64,000 nt of DNA from Terriglobia bacterium (GTDB lineage Bacteria; Acidobacteriota; Terriglobia; JAJPHL01), in NCBI GenBank assembly GCA_021325275.1, contig JAJPHL010000032.1, forward strand, positions 165,082-229,081, written 5' to 3'. Below, one piece after another: positions 57,900-64,000 of this stretch. Position 1 is the first letter of the stretch. The number at the start of each line of letters is the position of its first letter. The notes under the pieces were generated by a model. The model was not told the DNA's origin and searched no databases. It was given only the letters and a program-made list of their open reading frames with translations. The position numbers were made by a program, and so were the translations under genes.

Positions 57900-60593
57900 A
57901 TGAACCGCAAGGAACGCGAAGACGACCTCAACCGCGAAATCCAATCGCACTTCGACGCCGAGGCCGAAGAGTCCGGCGAAACGCACGCCCGGCGGTCGTT
58001 CGGCAACGTGATGGCCGTCAAAGAAGATGTTCGCGAAGAATGGGGCTGGACGCGCCTGGAGCACTTGCTCAACGATTGCCGATACGCGTGTCGGCGCTTG
58101 CGGATGGCTCCCGCGTTTACAATCACGGCGGTTTTGACGCTGGCGATCGGCATTGGTGCGACAAGTTCGATTTTCACGCTCGTTCATGCCGTGTTGCTCG
58201 AATCATTGCCGGTAGCGAGTCCCGGTGAACTGTACCGCGTCGGCCGAGGTTCGTACTGCTGTTACAAGGGCGGATACAGTCAAGACGATGGATTCTCGCT
58301 GGTCTCCTACGATCTCTACAAATACCTTCGCGATAACAGCAAGAGCTTTTCGGAATTGGCCGCAATGCCTGCCCCGCAGTTCCTGTTCGGCGTTCGGCGA
58401 ACCGGCGCAGCGGAATCCGCGCAAAGTTATCCCGGCGAATTCGTCTCCGGCAACTATTTCGCGACTTTCGGATTGAACGCGTTTGCCGGACGAACGTTCA
58501 CCGCGGACGACGATCAACCGGGCGCCGCGCCCATCGCCGTCATGAGCTATCGCTTGTGGCGAGAAAAGTACGGAGCGGATCCTTCGGTCGTCGGAAGCAC
58601 GTTCAACATCAACGATAAGGCGTTCACGATCGTAGGAATCAGTCCGCCGCGATTCTTTGGCGACTCGCTGCGCTCCACGCCGTCCGATTTCTACTTACCG
58701 CTGAACAGCGAGCCGTTGGTGGAGAGCGACAACGATTTGCAGAAGGCCGATCTGCATTGGCTGAATTTGATTGGACGCATCAGGCCGGGGACAAGCCCGT
58801 CCGCGATTGAGCCGGAACTGCGATTCGCGTTGCGGCAATGGCTGGAGTCTCACCGAGGCGAGATGAGCGCATCCGATTTGAGAAAACTGCCGAACCAGAC
58901 GCTGTACGTGACTCCCGGCGGCGCGGGAATCACGAGCATGCGCGATGAATACGGTTACTGGCTGCGAATATTGATGGCCGCCGCCGCGTTTGTACTGTTG
59001 ATCGTTTGCGCGAACGTCGCGAACCTGATGCTCGTTCGCGGCATGGAGCAGCGTCGACAAATCTCAGTGAGCTTGGCGCTGGGAGCGCGCACGACTCGCG
59101 TGATGCGCCAGCCGCTGATTGAAAGCGTGTTGCTTTCGATGGCGGGAGGAGCCGCGGGCTTGGGCGTGGCTTTCGCGTGTACGCGCGTGATCGTCCGCTT
59201 GGCGTTTCATTCGTCGCCGGGCATGGGAAGCGTTCCGATCAGTTCGTGGCCTTCGCCGCCAGTATTGTTGTTTGCGTTCTTGGTTTCGCTCGCCACCGGC
59301 GTCGCCTTCGGGATCGCGCCGGCGTGGATGGCCGCGCGAGTCAATCCGATTGAGGCGCTTCGCGGCGCTGGGCGCTCAGTGGCGGGCGCGGGATCGCTCT
59401 CGCGGCGCACGTTGGTGGTTCTGCAAACGGCGATTTCGCTGGTGCTGCTGTCCGCCGCGGGACTCCTGATGGCCACGCTGCGCAGCCTCGAGGATCAACG
59501 TCTCGGATTCGAGCCCGCGGGCCGTGTTGTGGCTGGCATCAATCCTCGACTCGCAGGCTATCGGCCGGCGCAGCTTTCGCAACTCTACAAACGCATTCAC
59601 GATGCCGTGTCGCGCGTGCCTGGCGTATCGTCGGCGGCGCTCTGCTTGTATTCGCCGCCCGGCGGAGGATGGGGCGCGGGCGTTTGGGTTGACGGCAGGC
59701 CGGCGCCGCCGCGCGCCGAGGACAATACCGCGCCGTGGGACCGTGTGACGCCCGCGTATTTTGAGACCGTCGGCACGCGCATCGTGGAAGGGCGCGGCAT
59801 CAGCGAGCACGATACGGCAACTTCGTCGAGTGTGGCCGTGGTGAACGAAGCTTTTGTGCGCAAGTTTTTTGGAAACGAAAATCCCGTCGGCCAGCATTTC
59901 GGACGAAGGCCTGAAGCCAGCCGCGAATTCGAGATTGTCGGCGTGGCCGAGGACGCGCGATATCGCACTCACGCGATCGGGCAAGCGAACGATCCGATTT
60001 TCTTCCTGCCCGAGGCGCAAAGCGACTACTCACAAGTCAATTTGGGATCGCTTTTCCTACGCGACGTGGTCATCGCGACGCGGCCGGGAGCCAGCGTGAC
60101 GGCGGCGGAAATCCGAGACGCGATTGCGTCCGTCGATCCCGATTTGCCGGTGATCTCTATCGGTTCCGTCCAAGAAAAAGTGGCCGATCAGTTCACTCAA
60201 CAACGGCTGATCGCTCGCCTGATATCGCTGTTCGGCGCGGTGTCGTTAGTTCTCGCGTCCATTGGACTCTATGGCGTGACCGCGTACAACGCCGGCCGGC
60301 GTGTGGGTGAAATCGGAGTGCGAATGGCGCTGGGCGCAAATCGAACCGATGTCCTTGGGCTCGTGATGCGAGGCGCGGTCGGCCTGACGTTGATGGGTCT
60401 TCTCGCTGGGCTGCCGCTGACGTTGGCCGCCGGCCGTTTGCTGGGAAGCCAGCTCTACGGTTTGAGTCCCTACAATCCGATGGTGATCGCCATCGCGGTT
60501 GCCGCGCTCGCGATCTCGGCGCTCGTGGCGTCGATCGTGCCCGCGTTTCGGGCGAGTTTGATTTCTCCTTCGGAGGCGCTGCGAGTGGATTAG
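57900..60593 (+). CDS. ADOP-family (Acidobacterial duplicated orphan permease) MacB/FtsX-like ABC permease
   Basis: Characteristic N-terminus MNRKEREDDLNREIQSHFDAEAEE...GWTRLEHLLNDCRYACRRLR and two FtsX permease modules. No adjacent ATPase. Confidence 0.8.
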   Translation: MNRKEREDDLNREIQSHFDAEAEESGETHARRSFGNVMAVKEDVREEWGWTRLEHLLNDCRYACRRLRMAPAFTITAVLTLAIGIGATSSIFTLVHAVLLESLPVASPGELYRVGRGSYCCYKGGYSQDDGFSLVSYDLYKYLRDNSKSFSELAAMPAPQFLFGVRRTGAAESAQSYPGEFVSGNYFATFGLNAFAGRTFTADDDQPGAAPIAVMSYRLWREKYGADPSVVGSTFNINDKAFTIVGISPPRFFGDSLRSTPSDFYLPLNSEPLVESDNDLQKADLHWLNLIGRIRPGTSPSAIEPELRFALRQWLESHRGEMSASDLRKLPNQTLYVTPGGAGITSMRDEYGYWLRILMAAAAFVLLIVCANVANLMLVRGMEQRRQISVSLALGARTTRVMRQPLIESVLLSMAGGAAGLGVAFACTRVIVRLAFHSSPGMGSVPISSWPSPPVLLFAFLVSLATGVAFGIAPAWMAARVNPIEALRGAGRSVAGAGSLSRRTLVVLQTAISLVLLSAAGLLMATLRSLEDQRLGFEPAGRVVAGINPRLAGYRPAQLSQLYKRIHDAVSRVPGVSSAALCLYSPPGGGWGAGVWVDGRPAPPRAEDNTAPWDRVTPAYFETVGTRIVEGRGISEHDTATSSSVAVVNEAFVRKFFGNENPVGQHFGRRPEASREFEIVGVAEDARYRTHAIGQANDPIFFLPEAQSDYSQVNLGSLFLRDVVIATRPGASVTAAEIRDAIASVDPDLPVISIGSVQEKVADQFTQQRLIARLISLFGAVSLVLASIGLYGVTAYNAGRRVGEIGVRMALGANRTDVLGLVMRGAVGLTLMGLLAGLPLTLAAGRLLGSQLYGLSPYNPMVIAIAVAALAISALVASIVPAFRASLISPSEALRVD

Positions 60594-60633
60594 TGCTCAG
60601 CGTTGGTCTGCCGCACAATGCTCGGCTACCGGC

Positions 60634-62469
60634 TTACTCCGGTGCGAAGGCTAGGAGTACATTTCCCGCGCGGCCGCCCCACTGGCCGTATCCCGAGCTC
60701 GCGAACACCATTCCGCCCACAATCGACGGACCGCCGGCGTCGAAACTTCCGCCCGACCCCGGCACTTTGTTCACGGTTTCGAAATCGTGAGTCGCGTCGT
60801 AATCCCAAATTACGCTGCCGTCCTTGGTGGAATACGCGCGCATGTGACCATCCACCGATCCCGAGAAGACCGCGCCGGGAATCACCGAAATCGCCGCCGA
60901 TTGCGCCATGTTGCAGCCGTTGCCGCTACCCATGCCGCCGGCCGGCGTGCAATTCAGCTTGGCAGGAGGCGTGTACCACGCGCGTTCACCGGTGACAATG
61001 TTCACGGCGTGCAATCCGCCGGCGTCGGCGGGCAGATGGCGGTCGGAAATCGGCGCGTAGGCTTGCGTTTCATCCGCCGCGATACCCCACTCGATTCCAC
61101 CAAGCGCGCCGCCCTTTCCGGCGCGATACTGCCACAGGATTTTTCCTTTGTTGTCGGGATCGAGTCCCCAAAGCACGCCGGACTTTTGTCCCACCACGAG
61201 AATGCGTTTCCCGCCGGGCAGCGTGCGCAACGCCGGCGACGTTCCGAAATCGAAATCCGGTCCCACTTCCGCGGGACAATTCTCGTTGCCCCCGCGGCAC
61301 CCGATCAGGAACGCGTCTTTCGGCAGCGCTTGCTGCGACCACAGCATCTTGCCCGTCTCCATGTCGAACGCGATCACCGAATCGCTGGTGGGCGCGGCGG
61401 GTTCCGTGTAGGCATTGCCCGTGCCGACATAAATCGCGTGAGCTTTCATGTCCACCGTGGGCGCGGACCACACCGACGCGCCGGCCGGAGCGGAAAGTTG
61501 TACGCCCCCGGCGTTTTTCTTGGTCGGCTTCGGTTCATCGGGGATCGTGAAGCTTTGCCACAGCACTTTTCCACTGGCCAGCTCCATCGCCACGACACTC
61601 CCGCGGAACGTGCAGCACGGATACTGCGCTCTGGCGCCGGGCACTTCTTCCACCGACGACACCGGCACGTACAAACGATCGCCGGCCGCAACCGGCGCGC
61701 CCGTGATTCGCGCGTACGGATGCTTTTCCACTTTCACTTTCCACAGCAATTCGCCGGTCTGGGCGTTCAACCCGTAGACATTCGCGGTGAGATCGCCGAA
61801 GAAGACGGCGTATTTCGCCGTGGGATGCTTCACCGGCACAACCACCGGTGTACTGCGCACGGCCGCCGACGCGGGGAACATCCAATATGTGCAGCCCGTC
61901 GCGGCGTCCAGCGAATACAGGCGGCCCTTGTCGGTGCCCACGAAAACCCGTCCCGCGACAATCGCGGGTTGCGAGAACGCCGACGTTCCGTTCGGATATC
62001 CGAATGCCCACTTGAGTTTGAGTTTCGGTACTTGCGCGGCCGTCAGGCCGGCGGTCTTAGCGTCGGCGAAATGGGTTTGCTCTTGGTTCGATCCCCAGCC
62101 ATTCCACGCGGGCAGGCCGGCAGGATCGGGCATCGCGGCTTTGGGATTCGCGCACATTCCCTCGAGCACAGGAGCCACCGGCGCAGTGGCGGGCGCCGCG
62201 CCCAACTTTTTGCCGGTGACGTATTCCGCCACGGCGCGCTTCTCGGCGTCGCTCAAACTCGCGCCTTGCATGGCCATCGTGCCGACGGTCAGCGAAGCCA
62301 CCGCCTGATCGGCGGTGCGTTGAGCGAGCGCCGCACGATCGGGCGCGCGTTGCGCGGCGTTGTCGTGACACGTGGCGCACTGTTTCTTGTAGATCGCCTC
62401 GCCGTCGGGAGCCTGCGCGTTTAGGCTCGCTATACAGAGAACTATTCCAAAAGCCCAAGAGATTTTCAT
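60634..62469 (-). CDS. PQQ-repeat beta-propeller dehydrogenase with N-terminal c-type cytochrome domain
   Basis: Signal peptide and CATCH haem-binding motif near the N-terminus, then PQQ/WD-like propeller repeats. Start at the internal ATG 62469. Confidence 0.6.
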   Translation of the reverse strand: MKISWAFGIVLCIASLNAQAPDGEAIYKKQCATCHDNAAQRAPDRAALAQRTADQAVASLTVGTMAMQGASLSDAEKRAVAEYVTGKKLGAAPATAPVAPVLEGMCANPKAAMPDPAGLPAWNGWGSNQEQTHFADAKTAGLTAAQVPKLKLKWAFGYPNGTSAFSQPAIVAGRVFVGTDKGRLYSLDAATGCTYWMFPASAAVRSTPVVVPVKHPTAKYAVFFGDLTANVYGLNAQTGELLWKVKVEKHPYARITGAPVAAGDRLYVPVSSVEEVPGARAQYPCCTFRGSVVAMELASGKVLWQSFTIPDEPKPTKKNAGGVQLSAPAGASVWSAPTVDMKAHAIYVGTGNAYTEPAAPTSDSVIAFDMETGKMLWSQQALPKDAFLIGCRGGNENCPAEVGPDFDFGTSPALRTLPGGKRILVVGQKSGVLWGLDPDNKGKILWQYRAGKGGALGGIEWGIAADETQAYAPISDRHLPADAGGLHAVNIVTGERAWYTPPAKLNCTPAGGMGSGNGCNMAQSAAISVIPGAVFSGSVDGHMRAYSTKDGSVIWDYDATHDFETVNKVPGSGGSFDAGGPSIVGGMVFASSGYGQWGGRAGNVLLAFAPE

Positions 62470-62515
62470 AAGCCTGGGCACGAATGTACCACAAAAAACT
62501 TGAACCTTTTTCCAG

Positions 62516-63535
62516 GTGATTCGTCTATTGTTGCGGGGGATTCTCATGACTCGAAACAGCGTAGCTTTCTTCGCGTTGGCGCTGGCCGTGGCGGCCGCGC
62601 CCGTATTCGCTCGCGGATTGGCAGAGGAAGGATCGTTCGACCGAACGCTCAAAGTGAATGGGCCCGTCGAATTGCGTGTTTCCACAGGGTCCGGGACTAT
62701 CAAGGTTAGCCGCGGATCGGGCAGTGAAGTCCACATCTCGGCGCGCATTAAAGCCAACGAATGGGGATCGTTTTGGAGCACCAGCTCCACCGATCAGATC
62801 AAGGAAATCGAGCGCAATCCTCCCGTGCGCCAAGAAGGCAATCGCATCATTATCGGCGACGAGCACGGCCGCCGGTTCGAGCACATTACGATTTCCTACG
62901 AGATCACCACGCCGCAAGAGACGCGCCTGAACGCGACCTCGGGATCGGGCGGCGTGGAAGCGTTCGACGTTCATGGACCCGCCGACCTCGGCACGGGGTC
63001 GGGCACGATCACCGCGGAGCGCATCGGCGCGGAGGTTCACGCGCAGACCGGCAGCGGCGGAATCACGATTTCGCGCGCCGGTGGCTCCGTGCATTCGTCG
63101 ACGGGCAGTGGCTCGATCACGGCGTCGGATGTCACGGGCGAAGTGGACGCCTCCACCGGCAGCGGAAATATCACCGTGACACATGCCACAGGTCGCGTGC
63201 GCGCGCACGCCGCATCGGGGCGCGTGAAAGTGGAGCAGGCGGTCGGCGATTTGGACGTGCATTCCTCGAGCGGCGGCCTGGACGTGGAAGGATCGCCCAA
63301 AGGTGCACGCTGGGATCTCGAAACGGCGTCGGGATCGGTGCGCGTGCTGCTTCCCTCGAGCGCCGGTTTCGAATTAGACGCGCACGCCGGCTCGGGATCG
63401 GTGAGCACAACGCATAAAGTGATGGTCTCAGGCTCGATGGCGCGCGGGGAACTGCACGGCACGGCTGCAGGGACGGGATCAAGCGACAATCATCTGCGGA
63501 TTCGCACCGCGAGCGGGAGTATCCGAATCGAGTAG
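62516..63535 (+). CDS. DUF4097-like putative adhesin (beta-helical TGSGxIxV repeats)
   Basis: Signal peptide and about 12 repeats of the (S/T)GSG(S/G/N)I(T/K)(V/A) type. Confidence 0.55.
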   Translation: MIRLLLRGILMTRNSVAFFALALAVAAAPVFARGLAEEGSFDRTLKVNGPVELRVSTGSGTIKVSRGSGSEVHISARIKANEWGSFWSTSSTDQIKEIERNPPVRQEGNRIIIGDEHGRRFEHITISYEITTPQETRLNATSGSGGVEAFDVHGPADLGTGSGTITAERIGAEVHAQTGSGGITISRAGGSVHSSTGSGSITASDVTGEVDASTGSGNITVTHATGRVRAHAASGRVKVEQAVGDLDVHSSSGGLDVEGSPKGARWDLETASGSVRVLLPSSAGFELDAHAGSGSVSTTHKVMVSGSMARGELHGTAAGTGSSDNHLRIRTASGSIRIE

Positions 63536-63608
63536 CGCGGCATTCGCCAGGGCCCGCAAACTCAAACGTTTCTCTCGCCGCACTCTGAACCGGAGTTGAA
63601 GTGCGCGG

Positions 63609-63959
63609 CTATTCAGGAAGTGCCGTGCTCCGCGTCGTCGACACGAAATCGAAGTGTTCCTGATAGACGTACGCGCCGAGATTCACCGGCACATCGTAGT
63701 GGACCTTCACTTCAAAACCGCCGCTTTCAAGGGGAGTCACCACAACATCGTCGTCGTTTTCCGTGAGCTTCAAGCCGAAATCCTCACCCAACTCGAAGAT
63801 CCGCTTGCGCAGCTGAGTGGGCGAGGGACGGACTTGCTTGCTCTCCACTTCCTGCCGGATGATGTCCGCAAATTGGTACGCGCGGACACGCGGTTCCGCC
63901 AACCGCCAGCCCACGAACAAAAGCGCCAACAAAAGAGCCGACTTGAAGATCGTAGACAC
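63609..63959 (-). CDS. Hypothetical protein with N-terminal signal-anchor
   Basis: MSTIFKSALLLALLFVGW... and a small beta-rich C-terminus. No family assigned. Confidence 0.45.
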   Translation of the reverse strand: MSTIFKSALLLALLFVGWRLAEPRVRAYQFADIIRQEVESKQVRPSPTQLRKRIFELGEDFGLKLTENDDDVVVTPLESGGFEVKVHYDVPVNLGAYVYQEHFDFVSTTRSTALPE

Positions 63960-64000
63960 GCGGGACCTCCGAAAGAAGGATACCGGATTCTAGCAGAGTC

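Noticed and set aside
1-64000. tRNA, rRNA and CRISPR search.
   Set aside because: No cloverleaf-compatible stretch with a GTTCGAATC-type T-loop was seen in any non-coding gap. Checked by eye: 21530..21843, 33015..33226, 40577..40727, 42669..42805, 50808..51034 and 55928..56016. No spacer/repeat arrays are present; the only tandem arrays are the 15-bp and 7-bp repeats reported above.

Overview
This is a high-GC (~64%) chromosomal segment that looks Acidobacteria-derived, probably Solibacter-like. The taxonomic call rests on several Acidobacteria-specific protein families: an Oar-type TonB-dependent receptor with an N-terminal carboxypeptidase-regulatory-like domain, an ADOP/FtsX orphan permease, two VWFA-related Acidobacterial-domain proteins, and an Ig-repeat protein carrying a 'Solibacter C-terminal' domain. 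The window holds roughly 55 genes. Housekeeping genes are rlmN, a SCO1-like copper chaperone, hemH, dnaK-dnaJ-hspR, tilS-hpt-ftsH, modA and a glycerophosphodiester phosphodiesterase. Signalling genes are an ntrY/ntrX-like pair followed by a second PAS histidine kinase, an OmpR-family regulator, two HD-GYP proteins and a PilZ protein. There is an arsR-arsM-arsC operon with no arsenite efflux pump. The rest is mostly secreted or membrane proteins: M14 and HExxH peptidases, a tricorn-like peptidase, a cytochrome c/PQQ dehydrogenase and a DUF4097 adhesin-like protein. Accessory content is concentrated in toxin-antitoxin loci (BrnT/BrnA, two VapBC pairs, an orphan HicB) and in one ~1.3 kb low-GC islet at 14965..16260. 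That islet carries a Panacea-domain (SocA/PanA-like) antitoxin gene overlapping a 143-aa ORF that I could not assign to any known family; it is the best candidate for an undescribed toxin-antitoxin pair. Structures not explained by genes include a four-helix-bundle gene cassette flanked by inverted TTGCTGG heptamer repeats inserted between ntrY and ntrX, with solo copies of the same repeat elsewhere. Two convergent junctions carry related palindromic 'CGCAGATNAA' elements. Two 15-bp coding tandem repeats sit at gene ends. A perfect palindrome fills a 24-bp divergent intergenic gap. A ~200-bp MITE-like inverted repeat lies next to hicB. No tRNA, rRNA or CRISPR array was recognised.
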